Below, in pieces: positions 18,253 through 28,454 of a stretch of DNA of 64,000 nt (positions are counted from its first letter, which is position 1; each line of letters begins with the position of its first letter). Where the stretch lies: the IMG/VR virus record IMGVR_UViG_3300008108_000036. One strand, given 5' to 3'. Below the pieces are notes generated by a model, which was given only the letters and a program-made list of their open reading frames with translations, had not been told where the DNA came from and did not search any database. This DNA is from a virus. The translations under genes were made by a program, and so were the position numbers.

Positions 18253-18780
18253 CTAATACCAAGACGGCTTAGAGCGCTTTGTCCAAGTTGCAAAAGCTTT
18301 ATCTAACCGAATGTATTGTTTGTATTTGTCTATAGTAGAAAGTTGATCAAAACCAGCAATTTTTCTGCACTTAGATTCTAAGTTAATAGCGATTGCAAAG
18401 GGAGTCAATTCGCTTTTTTTACAATGCTCTGTTTTATCTACATTGCTTTTGCACCATTCTATAAATGATTTGGTAAAATGCTCGTTAGAAGTTGTCCATC
18501 GATAGGTTCGCTCATTAAACATTTCTAAAGCATGATCACAAAGCCACAAAAAGTTTGATGTTGACTCTCTTGTCCATACAGCACATGGATGATTGTAATA
18601 CCCTTTGCCAGATTTACGTGGGGATCCTTTTTTAGTCAAAGGAGCTGACAGTAATGTTTGATTAGAAAAGCAATGTTGAAGCAAAATTGCTGATTCAATT
18701 TGCATTTTAGACCTACAATGCTGATCACAAAGCTCTTGAGCTGATATCACTGGATCGTTATTGGTGCAAAAGATATTCAT
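18253..18780 (-). CDS. pyrimidine-dimer DNA glycosylase/endonuclease V-like protein
   Basis: MNIF...DP...A..LCDQH..KMQIESA.LL, NHPCAVWTRES..NF.WL. Confidence 0.75.
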   Translation of the reverse strand: MNIFCTNNDPVISAQELCDQHCRSKMQIESAILLQHCFSNQTLLSAPLTKKGSPRKSGKGYYNHPCAVWTRESTSNFLWLCDHALEMFNERTYRWTTSNEHFTKSFIEWCKSNVDKTEHCKKSELTPFAIAINLESKCRKIAGFDQLSTIDKYKQYIRLDKAFATWTKRSKPSWY

Positions 18781-18855
18781 TGGCTAAAGTTTCAAACTAA
18801 AAATTAAAAAAGACAACAAAATGTTGCTTTTTTTAAAAAATAACATAATTTAAAA

Positions 18856-19183
18856 CAGTCGCTGTTAGTGCCAGCCAAAGCGTTTCAACGCGGGTCTTCG
18901 TTGGGAGATAAATAAACAGGAGTCAGCGATTAATAAATAAAAACACTACTCGATGTGCGCTTTATGCGTGACCGTTGTTTGGCCATTGCCAGGACCGCTC
19001 AAGCCAGCCCTTACAGAACAACCGAGGGGGCATATTTTTTGCTTTGCAAAATTTTGAAGCTTGTTAACCCGACTGAGACTCGTTTTATACGGAATTTCAA
19101 AGACAGGAGGTTATCCCAATAATGGGGGACCTCCCTCCTTCAATCTGAATAACCGGAACTTAAAGACCTTTTAAGCCTTTTTT
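18856..19183 (+). ncRNA. candidate novel structured ncRNA upstream of uvsY
   Basis: No ORF >=60 aa; GC-richer than flanks; many helices needing G.U pairs on the + strand; promoter TTGCTT-N16-TAATTT at 18824-18851; U-tract at the 3' end. Confidence 0.55.
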
Positions 19184-19222
19184 GCTGTTGAATAACCTAT
19201 TTTGACGTATATCATTAACGAT

Positions 19223-19630
19223 ATGGCTGATGCATCTAATCTTTTTCAAGAATATCATGAAAAAATTGAGACGTTTTTGAAATTTGATGAATTAAACATT
19301 AAAGACTCACAAATGGCACTACCATCCGTTAGACATTATTGGGTAGGTCGGCTAATGTATCACAAACAACAAATTATAAAACTCAAAAAAGCAAAAGAAA
19401 AAGCAAGCAAAACCATTAAAGCAAAATTAGAAGAAGAATCGCCAGTTACTCTCAGCATTAAAACTATCAGCGAATCCATAGCAACGAATGAAATTATCTT
19501 AAAAATTGATGATGAAATAGCAAATAACGAGTTTTTGGTAGAATATCTCAGCAAGGTCGAAGCTAACTTTAGAGACACTCAATACGGAATGACTAATCTT
19601 ACTAAAATAATTACATTAGAAACGACATGA
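19223..19630 (+). CDS. uvsY: recombination mediator UvsY
   Basis: LKFDELNI...LPSVRHYW; helical; upstream of uvsW; ATG 19223 follows TTGAAT-N16-TATCAT. Confidence 0.75.
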   Translation: MADASNLFQEYHEKIETFLKFDELNIKDSQMALPSVRHYWVGRLMYHKQQIIKLKKAKEKASKTIKAKLEEESPVTLSIKTISESIATNEIILKIDDEIANNEFLVEYLSKVEANFRDTQYGMTNLTKIITLETT

Positions 19631-20052
19631 AGATTTCTGCTGGTATTATTTTTTTATTTGACAACAAAGTACTTCTTTGTCATCCTACAAACGCTTCTTA
19701 TAATAACAGCTTTAGTTTTCCAAAAGGACAAGTTGATGAGGGAGAAACGTTTGAAGAAACAGCAATAAGAGAATGCAAGGAAGAAATTGGAATAAGTTTA
19801 TATAATCCCAAATTTGCATCCAAATACGAAGTAGAATACTATAATAAAAACAAAAAAAAGATAGTTAAAAAAGTAATATTATTTTTATTAAAAATTCATT
19901 CTTTATCGGAAATAGGACTGACGAATTTAGTCGTACCGAAAACCCAATTGCAATTAGATGAAATTGATTGGGCCGGGTTTTTAACAAAACAAGAAAGTGA
20001 ACTTAAAATTTTTTGGCGTTTTCATGAAGTTTTAAATCAAGTTTTAAGATAA
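19627..20052 (+). CDS. NUDIX hydrolase
   Basis: Nudix box PKGQVDEGETFEETAIRECKEEIG. Confidence 0.92.
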   Translation: MKISAGIIFLFDNKVLLCHPTNASYNNSFSFPKGQVDEGETFEETAIRECKEEIGISLYNPKFASKYEVEYYNKNKKKIVKKVILFLLKIHSLSEIGLTNLVVPKTQLQLDEIDWAGFLTKQESELKIFWRFHEVLNQVLR

Positions 20053-20061
20053 AAATTTTAC

Positions 20062-21501
20062 ATGAATATAACATTTGATTTTGATACAGTTTCCAGAAAA
20101 CCTAAAATCATATCCGAATTTTTGCCTCAAATTAGAGAGCATTTTTCAGTAGAAGACAAAGCTTTATTATTTTTAAGAAAAAGAACTGGCAGAAACTTAC
20201 CCGTAAGAAAATATGCTATTACAAATAAAGGAATGTATGATTTGCCTTTTACTGGAACTATTTGTCAAGAACTTAAGTCAAAATTTCCTTCTGCTAAAAT
20301 CCATTTTACTGATGAGCTAGTAATCCGATTATCAAATAAAAGTATAAACGAAGAGTTAGTCACACTCAACTTTCCACCTAGAGATTATCAAAAATCTTCT
20401 GCCGAAACAGCATTACAAAAAGGAAGAGGGGTGGTAGTTCTTCCAACTTCAGCAGGCAAAACACTTGTAATTGCTTTAATAACTTCAACCATTTTAAAAC
20501 ACAGTAGTGATAACGTACTAATTTTAGTTCCAGACATTCAATTAGTTCAACAAACATACAAAGATTTTTTAGAATACGGAATTGACGATTCGTTGATTTC
20601 TAGATGGACTGGCTCTCATGAATTTACTAACTCAAAAATAGTAATAGCAAACAATCAAATACTTTTATCAGAAAAACAAGACCAAAACGTTCTTTCATCG
20701 TTTTCGACGATTATTGTTGATGAGTGTCACAAATTCGCTACAGCTGAAAAAATTTCAAAGCTTATTAAGAATTTGAAGTGTGAAAGAATATTTGGATTTA
20801 CAGGTTCTTTGCCAGAATCGAAATTTGACGTTTGGTCTATAAACAGAATTTTTGGTTCTATTATCTTTCATAAGAAATCTATAGATCTTAGACAGGATAA
20901 ATATATTTCAAAAGTGCGAGTAGTTTCTTTAGAGCTTAACTATAAAGACATACCACAGTTTTCAAAACCATCCGTTAACGACCCAACAGCAGGATATGAA
21001 GAAGAAATCACATGGCTTCATACCAACTTGTACAGAAATTCTATAATATCGAAACTAATAAATAAACTTGAAACTAACACTTTAATATTGGTTGACCGTA
21101 TAGTACACGGAGAGCATCTTTTGCAGTTTTTACAAGATCACACTAATAAAGAAATATATTTTATACAAGGATCTGTTGAATTGGAAGAAAGGGAGAACAT
21201 GAGAAAGCTTATGGAAGAAAAGTCTGGAGTTGTGTGCATAGCAATTTCTAAAATATTTTCTACAGGTATTTCTATTAAAAATTTACATAATATAATATTT
21301 GCAGCAATAGGAAAAGCAAGAATTAAAATAATTCAATCAATTGGAAGAAGTTTGAGATTGCATCACACAAAAGAAATAGCCACTATATTTGACATAGCAG
21401 ACACATGCTTAATTTACGGAAAGAAGCATTTTGACGAGAGAGTTAGATTATACGAATCCGAGCGCATTCCCGTTGTTTCTTCCACGCATTATGAATCGTA
21501 A
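20062..21501 (+). CDS. uvsW: SF2 DNA helicase UvsW
   Basis: PRDYQ, PTSAGKT, DECH, GFTGS, STGISI, QSIGRSLR. Confidence 0.92.
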   Translation: MNITFDFDTVSRKPKIISEFLPQIREHFSVEDKALLFLRKRTGRNLPVRKYAITNKGMYDLPFTGTICQELKSKFPSAKIHFTDELVIRLSNKSINEELVTLNFPPRDYQKSSAETALQKGRGVVVLPTSAGKTLVIALITSTILKHSSDNVLILVPDIQLVQQTYKDFLEYGIDDSLISRWTGSHEFTNSKIVIANNQILLSEKQDQNVLSSFSTIIVDECHKFATAEKISKLIKNLKCERIFGFTGSLPESKFDVWSINRIFGSIIFHKKSIDLRQDKYISKVRVVSLELNYKDIPQFSKPSVNDPTAGYEEEITWLHTNLYRNSIISKLINKLETNTLILVDRIVHGEHLLQFLQDHTNKEIYFIQGSVELEERENMRKLMEEKSGVVCIAISKIFSTGISIKNLHNIIFAAIGKARIKIIQSIGRSLRLHHTKEIATIFDIADTCLIYGKKHFDERVRLYESERIPVVSSTHYES

Positions 21502-21552
21502 ATTATTGGACGTCGTTGATTTATTTAAAATAATACCTATACTTTGCGAGTA

Positions 21553-22185
21553 ATGGAAAAAAAGACAAAAAAACCTGATTTAAAATCTAAAAAGGTTCAA
21601 TCTAAAATAGCAAACGTAAAGATTTCTAAACCCAAAGGCAAGTTATTGTTATCTTCTTCAAAAAAGAAACAAGCAGACGATTTGCCAGACGAAATAGTTA
21701 AAGCTGTAGCTTTACCTCAACAAAAACGCGTGAGAAGAACTAAAGAGGAGCTTAAAGATGTTTATATCGACCCAGTCGAAATGGAGCGTAAAATACATGA
21801 GTTTTATTCAACGGGAGTGCTTTCCGAGAGTCTTGCAGAAATGGTACAATTAATTGCTGTTAGACTAGGTTTAGCTAGAAATTTTTACTCCTACAGCTTT
21901 AAAACCGAAATGCAAGGAGACGCAATCGTTAAAATGATGACTGCTTTGAGACGAAAACGATTTAAATGTAATGCTGGCTACAATCCTTTTTCTTATTTTA
22001 CTAAAGTAGCATACCATGCATTTCAAAATTGCATAAAAAAGAACAAAAAAGATTTCGATACAATTAAAAGATATCAAGAAGAAATGTACGAGAGTTATAT
22101 ATGCAGTGGTTTATTGCCTTCAAAAAAGAATACACACGTTGAGTCTAGTGATGATTATACAGCAGATGGACATTACGAAAATTAA
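21553..22185 (+). CDS. gp55: late-transcription sigma factor gp55
   Basis: NFYSYSFKTEMQGDA, NPFSYFTKVAYHAF; position before gp47; basic N-terminal extension. Confidence 0.85.
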   Translation: MEKKTKKPDLKSKKVQSKIANVKISKPKGKLLLSSSKKKQADDLPDEIVKAVALPQQKRVRRTKEELKDVYIDPVEMERKIHEFYSTGVLSESLAEMVQLIAVRLGLARNFYSYSFKTEMQGDAIVKMMTALRRKRFKCNAGYNPFSYFTKVAYHAFQNCIKKNKKDFDTIKRYQEEMYESYICSGLLPSKKNTHVESSDDYTADGHYEN

Positions 22186-23251
22186 ACCAGCAAACAACAA
22201 AATTTTGTTTTTTTCGGATCTACATTTGGGGGTCCATCAAAATTCATCAGCATGGCACCAAACCTGCCTACATGTTGCTGATTTTATAGACAATACGATG
22301 AAAGATCATAATTTGGATACAATTATTTTTGCTGGAGATACATTTCACGATCGTCATGAAATTGGAGTAAACACACTATCTACAGCTAAGCACTTTTTTG
22401 ATAAGTTGTCTTCCTATAATATACACATTATTCCAGGTAACCATGATGCCTTCTTATCCACCACTTCAGAAGTAAATTCAGTAGACATTTTGTCTAACGA
22501 AAAAATATTTGTACATTCTAAGCCTACTATAATTCAAGCCAACGAACGAAAAATTTTATTTTGTCCGTGGAAATCAAACGTGAAATCTACCCTTGTTAAT
22601 TATAAGGTGAATTGTGTCGACATAATTGTCGGTCATTTTGAAATAATAAACTTTAAAATGAATGCTAATAAAATATGCGATCATGGTGACTCGGCAGCTG
22701 ATTTATTGGCAAGTTCTGAGTGCGTAATCACTGGTCATTTTCATTGTAGAGAACACAGAAAATACGAGGATAAGTTTGTGTTATATCTAGGGTCACCATA
22801 TGAAATGGATTTTGGGGATAGAGAGCAAAAAAAAGGAGTTACTGTGCTAGACTTAACTGATTTATCTGCTAATTTTATCGAGAATACTATTACACCAAAA
22901 CATCATAGATTGACCATTACTGATCTTATTCAAAAAAAACATAAAAATATTTCTGAACTAGTTAAAGGAAATATAGTCAGTATTTATGTGGACGTTGATA
23001 CAGACGCTTTAACTATAGACTTGCTTGTGTCTAAATTATCCCAATATGAACCATTCCAGCTAAGAACAGAGTTTAATATTTTAGATAAAGCATCAAACTC
23101 TGAACAAACAAAAGAAATAGAAAAATTATCTCTTGATATTGAAACCGCATTTTCAGAATTTGTAGAACATATAGAAACAAGGGCTACAAAAAAGGAGGTT
23201 TTAAACAAGTGCATTGAACTATTTAGAACATCACAAAGCTTAATAGAATAA
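22166..23251 (+). CDS. gp47: recombination endonuclease subunit gp47 (Mre11/SbcD-like)
   Basis: SDLHLG, GDTFHDR, PGNHD, GHFE, GHFH, YLGSPYE. Confidence 0.9.
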   Translation: MDITKIKPANNKILFFSDLHLGVHQNSSAWHQTCLHVADFIDNTMKDHNLDTIIFAGDTFHDRHEIGVNTLSTAKHFFDKLSSYNIHIIPGNHDAFLSTTSEVNSVDILSNEKIFVHSKPTIIQANERKILFCPWKSNVKSTLVNYKVNCVDIIVGHFEIINFKMNANKICDHGDSAADLLASSECVITGHFHCREHRKYEDKFVLYLGSPYEMDFGDREQKKGVTVLDLTDLSANFIENTITPKHHRLTITDLIQKKHKNISELVKGNIVSIYVDVDTDALTIDLLVSKLSQYEPFQLRTEFNILDKASNSEQTKEIEKLSLDIETAFSEFVEHIETRATKKEVLNKCIELFRTSQSLIE

Positions 23252-24045
23252 TGTATACAAAATCCCCAAAAATAGGAGTAGGCATAGTTACTTGCAATAG
23301 AGAACATTTTTTTTCTCAATGTTATCAGTCAATGCCTTTGCAAAAAATAAACGAACTTGTAGTTGTTAATGATGGACACCAATTAAAAGGGGATTATGAG
23401 CACGGAGTATTTATTCACAATAAACCCAGTATGCATGTGGGAGAAAGTAAAAATATAATAATGAGATATTTGTTAGACAAAGGTTGCGACTATATCTTTA
23501 CAATTGAGGATGACATTATTCTAACAAATGAGTTGGTTTTTGAAAATTATATAAACGCACATCTAACTACTGGCATACATCATTTTAATTTTGGGTTTTC
23601 ACAAAGAGAGAATTTGAATGAAAAATTTCAACCAATTTATAGAAAAATTGTAGAATATAAAGATGGAAGTAAAATTATTTTAACAAAACATATTCTTGGA
23701 GCTTTTACTTTTTATACTAGGAAAGCTCTTCAAACTATAGGATTGCATCATTATAGTTTTAATCAAGGCCATGGGGATCATTTAGAATTAACGTACAGGG
23801 CCGCTAAACATGGATTAACTACTCCGTTTTGGTGGTTTGCTGACATTTATAACAGCTGGGAGATGATAAAAAATTTGAGTGATTTAACTACAGATTCAAC
23901 AGTTAGGGATAAAAACACTTTCATAGATAATTTTAATCGAGCTAGAAGTAATTTTAAATTCTTGCACGGATGCGATATTTACGATGTTCCTGCAGCTTCA
24001 GAGCAAGAAGTAATTAATTATTTAAAAAAACAAACTGTTAGTTAA
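23251..24045 (+). CDS. GT2-family glycosyltransferase
   Basis: IGVGIVTCNR, VVVNDG, IEDD, HLELTYR. Confidence 0.8.
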   Translation: MYTKSPKIGVGIVTCNREHFFSQCYQSMPLQKINELVVVNDGHQLKGDYEHGVFIHNKPSMHVGESKNIIMRYLLDKGCDYIFTIEDDIILTNELVFENYINAHLTTGIHHFNFGFSQRENLNEKFQPIYRKIVEYKDGSKIILTKHILGAFTFYTRKALQTIGLHHYSFNQGHGDHLELTYRAAKHGLTTPFWWFADIYNSWEMIKNLSDLTTDSTVRDKNTFIDNFNRARSNFKFLHGCDIYDVPAASEQEVINYLKKQTVS

Positions 24046-24046
24046 C

Positions 24047-24838
24047 ATGGAAAAACTTAAAAAGATTGGAATAGGATTAGTAACGTATAATCGTCCGGAA
24101 TTTTATCAGACCGTGTTAAACTCTATTAAGACGTATGGTTCCAATCATTTTTTAGTAATTGTAAATGATGGAAATTTTAAATATTGTAACAGCAACGATG
24201 GGGATGTTGTTATTCACAACAACGAACAATTAGGAGTAGCTAAATCTAAAAATAAAGCCATAAATTATTTATTGCAAGAAGAGTGTACAGATTTATTCGT
24301 GTTTGAAGATGACGTCATAATAAAGTCTTGCGATGTATTTGATCGATATATAAAAACGTCTGAGGCAACTAATATACCGCACTTCAGTTTTGGTCCAGTC
24401 GAAATAACAAAAACATACCAACACAACTTAAAACTCACGTGCATGTATTCAGAAGAGTTAGGTATTGATTTATATCATCACTCACAAGGAGGATTAATGT
24501 ATTTTAATATTTCTAAAATGGACAAAAACGATTGTGTGTTCGATGAAAATTACATCAACGCATTCGAACACGTAGATGTAGAGTACAACTTAATACAAAA
24601 ACAATTACAACCTCCATTTTGGTATTTTCCTGATATTCATAATAGCTGTCAGTTATTAGAAAGTATTGAAGGCAGTTCGGCAATTTCTACTATTACTAAT
24701 AAACCCAAATACAACTCAAACGTACAATATTCAGCTAATTATTTTGTTAAAAAATGGGGTATTTTCACAACCCAAATACCCGATGTAGGCTCAAAAAAGG
24801 TAATCGAAAAACTTAAATTAATCAAACAAAACAAATGA
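24047..24838 (+). CDS. GT2-family glycosyltransferase (paralog of the previous gene)
   Basis: IGIGLVTYNR, VIVNDG, GVAKSKN, FEDD, AFEHVD, PPFWYFPDI. Confidence 0.8.
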   Translation: MEKLKKIGIGLVTYNRPEFYQTVLNSIKTYGSNHFLVIVNDGNFKYCNSNDGDVVIHNNEQLGVAKSKNKAINYLLQEECTDLFVFEDDVIIKSCDVFDRYIKTSEATNIPHFSFGPVEITKTYQHNLKLTCMYSEELGIDLYHHSQGGLMYFNISKMDKNDCVFDENYINAFEHVDVEYNLIQKQLQPPFWYFPDIHNSCQLLESIEGSSAISTITNKPKYNSNVQYSANYFVKKWGIFTTQIPDVGSKKVIEKLKLIKQNK

Positions 24839-25632
24839 AACACATTTTAATTGGAACTAGTTCATTCGGTAAATATCAGCGTCAAGATTTGTGCATAGAA
24901 AGCTTACAAAAGCTCACATCATTAAACTCAAACGTAGATTGTTGTCTTGTTCAGCAATTGGAAGACCAAACATCCTACTCAAATATACGTATACTAAACA
25001 AGCTTACTAGAAATTCATCAACTGTATTTAAAACAAACAAAAAAATTCCTTTCATAAACGATATATTCAACGTATTATATTCCGAATCTACAGACATTTT
25101 TGTATTTTGTAATAGCGATATTATTTTAACGCAAAAGTTAATAGATTATATAAATTCAATTGAGGTGCAGGCGTTTGGTATATCAAGAATTGATATTTCT
25201 GAAATAAATTCATTGTTAGAACCTGCTCGCATACTAAGAATGGAGCCAGCCGGGTTTGATTGCTGGGTTATAAGTAAACAATGGTGGACTAAAAACCAAC
25301 AGTTATTTCAAGATTTTGTTATTGGCAGACCTTATTTTGACGTAATTTACACAACGCTCATGTTTTTAAACTCAACAAATCCGTATATAAGCAATGAACA
25401 TTTAGTGTATCACGTTTTACACGAGAGAGCATGGTTGGACAAAGACGAGTGCTATCATTACAATCGATTACAAAAAGAATTATATTATGAAGATATAGAA
25501 AAAGTTTGGGGAGAGTGTTGTAACAATACATTTTTGAGAAGAGCTGATTGGGGTAAATTTTTACGAATTAATTCTGATGAAGCGGATGTGCTGTTAAGCA
25601 TTAAAAACAATCACAAACCAAAGCAATTTTAA
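24835..25632 (+). CDS. putative GT-A fold glycosyltransferase-like protein
   Basis: FVFCNSDI, GFDCW, IGRPYFD, YHVLH. Confidence 0.55.
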   Translation: MKHILIGTSSFGKYQRQDLCIESLQKLTSLNSNVDCCLVQQLEDQTSYSNIRILNKLTRNSSTVFKTNKKIPFINDIFNVLYSESTDIFVFCNSDIILTQKLIDYINSIEVQAFGISRIDISEINSLLEPARILRMEPAGFDCWVISKQWWTKNQQLFQDFVIGRPYFDVIYTTLMFLNSTNPYISNEHLVYHVLHERAWLDKDECYHYNRLQKELYYEDIEKVWGECCNNTFLRRADWGKFLRINSDEADVLLSIKNNHKPKQF

Positions 25633-25633
25633 T

Positions 25634-26953
25634 ATGAATAGTAAACTAAAGCTAACAGAGGTAACATTGATAATAATCGACTGCTTAAATTCAGAATTAG
25701 CTGTAGAAGCATTGAATGCCTCATCTACCGATATAGAATTTGCCAAAACAGTATTGTTAAGTGATCAAAAACCATTCAATTGCACTAATAACATAAGCTT
25801 TTTTGAGATACCAAAAATTAAAAATTTGCACGAATATAATCTTTTTTTATTAAAAGAATTACACAAATATATAAACACAAATTTTTGCTTATTAATTCAA
25901 ACGGACGGGTATGTAATTGATGTTAATAAGTGGAGCAACGATTTTTTAAAATATGATTATATTGGCTCACCATGGGTGCCGACAGAATGGTTTATGAATA
26001 ACAAACCTAATGAGTACAGAGTAGGCAATGGTGGGTTTTCATTAAGAAGCAAAAAGCTGCTATCTATTACACATAAATTACAAATGCATTCAAATGAAGA
26101 CGTCTCAATATGTGTTTTCAATCGCAACATATTAGAAGGTAAGGGTATTGCGTTTGCTCCTTTAAATATTGCTAAGAAGTTTTCTCAAGAAAAACATTGT
26201 GAAGATTTAAACGTTGTTGCAGAAAGGGACTGTTTTGGTTTTCACGGTAAGAATTACTCAGAATTCCACAAACAAAAGTGCAAGGATCTGCATTTCGAGT
26301 TTTATAAAAATAGTCTTATTAAAATGGACCAACAAAGATTAATGTTTTTTTTAAAAAACGAAATTGGAGTATCTGAATCTGAGTATTTTTGTGCCAACTT
26401 TGTTGGCAATTTGCAAGTACAGCAAATTCCGGAGGAATATTCTCAATTATTAACTTTTTTTAAGACGTCTAACATTAAAAAATATTTAGAACTAGGAGTA
26501 GCAAACGGAGGAAGTTTTTTTGTTAATTCTATTTTTCTGCAAAGTACAGCTAGTAAAATCCATTGCGTAGACAGTTTAGAATATAAGAACGCTCCACATG
26601 TCAAACAAACATATGAAAAGATCTCATCAAAAGTTAACAAACTTAAGGCATTATTTCCAGAAAAAGAATTTAATTTCTTTAATCAAACTACCGATGAGTT
26701 TTTTTCCAAAAACAACAACAAATACGACTGCATTTTTATAGACGCAGATCACTCGTACCAAGGAGTTAAAAAAGACTACCTTAACAGCCTCAAATGTATT
26801 GAGAGAGGAGGCTATTTAATTTTTCATGATATTAATAATGTCGAAACAGGAGTTGAAACATGCTGGAACGAAATAAGCTCTAACCATCACGTGATAGGAG
26901 TGTTTAGTCATCCTGTAGTTATGAATTGCGGCATAGGTATTATTAGAGTTTAA
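25634..26953 (+). CDS. DUF5672-like domain fused to a class I SAM methyltransferase (Methyltransf_24-like)
   Basis: IQTDG, YDYIGSPW, VGNGGFSLRS, ED, FGFH; then LELGVANGGS, IFIDADHSY, FHDI. Confidence 0.8.
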   Translation: MNSKLKLTEVTLIIIDCLNSELAVEALNASSTDIEFAKTVLLSDQKPFNCTNNISFFEIPKIKNLHEYNLFLLKELHKYINTNFCLLIQTDGYVIDVNKWSNDFLKYDYIGSPWVPTEWFMNNKPNEYRVGNGGFSLRSKKLLSITHKLQMHSNEDVSICVFNRNILEGKGIAFAPLNIAKKFSQEKHCEDLNVVAERDCFGFHGKNYSEFHKQKCKDLHFEFYKNSLIKMDQQRLMFFLKNEIGVSESEYFCANFVGNLQVQQIPEEYSQLLTFFKTSNIKKYLELGVANGGSFFVNSIFLQSTASKIHCVDSLEYKNAPHVKQTYEKISSKVNKLKALFPEKEFNFFNQTTDEFFSKNNNKYDCIFIDADHSYQGVKKDYLNSLKCIERGGYLIFHDINNVETGVETCWNEISSNHHVIGVFSHPVVMNCGIGIIRV

Positions 26954-26954
26954 T

Positions 26955-27247
26955 ATGACACATTGTTTGTTTATATATTTTCAATAAAACATATTATTAA
27001 TATTAGTCATGATACTTAATTGACCTGTTGTTGTTTTAATTTAAACTAGGTTATTATTAAACCAATAACCACTAGCGTTTTTGATTGGATTTATGTTTTA
27101 GAAAAAGCCAAAGGGTTTGCATTAGTAGATAGCTGCATTGCAAACTTAGTAGAGCAGATTAAGATGCCTCAACCAAAAATATTTTTAGCAAGACAGCCAG
27201 CAAAGGCCTACACACAAATTGTACTGGAAAGTTGTAGAATATTATGA
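26955..27247 (+). pseudogene. deleted remnant of a glycosyltransferase-like gene
   Basis: Short MTHCLFIYFQ* then a start-less frame 27050-27247 (VFDWIYVLEKA...VDSCIANLVEQ) whose TGA overlaps the next ATG. Confidence 0.55.
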
Positions 27248-27741
27248 ATGAAATTATTAATTATAAAAACAATGTATATCCTAGGTTTCAAACGTTAGGA
27301 AATGCTGCTCAATTTATTATTCCATATGCAAAGCACGTTTGTAAAGGAAAGGGGGTAGATGTTGGCTGCAACAAATTGGAGTGGTCGTTTCCAAATTCGT
27401 TTCCTATAGATCCACTAATCAATCAATATAACGCATTGAATTTTCCAGCTCACTGTGTTAATCTTGATTATATTTTTTCCTCTCATTGTTTAGAACATAT
27501 TCCTAATTGGGTGGACGTATTAGATTACTGGACGACGATGCTAAAATCGGGAGGAGTGTTGTTTTTATATTTGCCTGATTATTCACAAGAATATTGGAGA
27601 CCTTGGAACAACAGAAAACACGTTAACATCTTTAATTCTACTATAATTAACGATTATTTAAAACACAAACAATTTGTAAAAATATTTTTTTCTGGGGTAG
27701 ATTTAAATAATTCGTTTGCTATTTTTGGAGAGAAGGCGTAA
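27244..27741 (+). CDS. class I SAM-dependent methyltransferase (Methyltransf_11-like)
   Basis: GVDVGC, LDYIFSSHCLEH, LKSGGVLFLYLP. Confidence 0.85.
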   Translation: MNEIINYKNNVYPRFQTLGNAAQFIIPYAKHVCKGKGVDVGCNKLEWSFPNSFPIDPLINQYNALNFPAHCVNLDYIFSSHCLEHIPNWVDVLDYWTTMLKSGGVLFLYLPDYSQEYWRPWNNRKHVNIFNSTIINDYLKHKQFVKIFFSGVDLNNSFAIFGEKA

Positions 27742-27749
27742 TCCATACA

Positions 27750-28345
27750 ATGGGATATTTAAATCATTTCGATTTAAAAACATTAAACAATACACAAACA
27801 CTGATGTTTTCGTGGAAACGGGCACTTACGTTGGGGATTCTCTATCATACGCTTTAAGCTGCCATTTTAATGAGTTATATAGTATAGAATTATTAAAAAA
27901 GTATTATAATCTTTGTGTTAGCAAGTTTAAATCTAACAAAAATGTCAATTTATTTCATTCTAATTCGGCAGATGGGTTGCGAACAGTGTTGCAGAAAAAT
28001 GCAAAATAAAAAACGTCGTTTTGGCTAGATGCTCATTTACCCGATTTTTATTATTCTATTTTTACTACCAACAATTACTTAAATGACGACATACCATATA
28101 TACCTTTGAAAGAAGAATTAAAATTAATAGTTCAGCATAAAAACATAAGTGACGATGTAATATTAATAGATGATTTAAGGATGTATGAAACTAGGAATTT
28201 TGGATCAGGAAACTGCGATGGACTGCTAAAACATAAAGAATATACAGAAGGAATAACAATTGTATATGATTTACTTTCTTCTACTCACAATATCAATAAG
28301 CCTTACGAACACGAAGGATATATTACATGTATTCCCAAAAATTGA
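27750..28345 (+). pseudogene. disrupted methyltransferase-like gene (ETGT..G / FWLDAH family)
   Basis: ATG 27750 (MGYLNHFDLK) needs +1 A in the A-run at 27776-27780. An in-frame TAA at 28007 separates FVETGTYVGDS from FWLDAH...LIDDLR. Confidence 0.75.
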
Positions 28346-28454
28346 CCTCTACATCAAGGTTTTTATAAAACCTTTATAAACGTATAATTATATTTTTTTG
28401 TTGTTTTAGTAAAACCCCGTTGCTTTTCATTCAAAACTAATTATTATTGAGTCA

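Noticed and set aside
28007-28009. In-frame stop as evidence of an alternative genetic code
   Set aside because: The stop is TAA, the same gene also has a frameshift, and all core genes are intact in code 11 with TAA, TAG and TGA all used as stops
28356-28374. Hairpin AAGGTTTT/AAAACCTT after the glyco island
   Set aside because: Weak AT-rich stem with a poor U-tract; not called as a terminator
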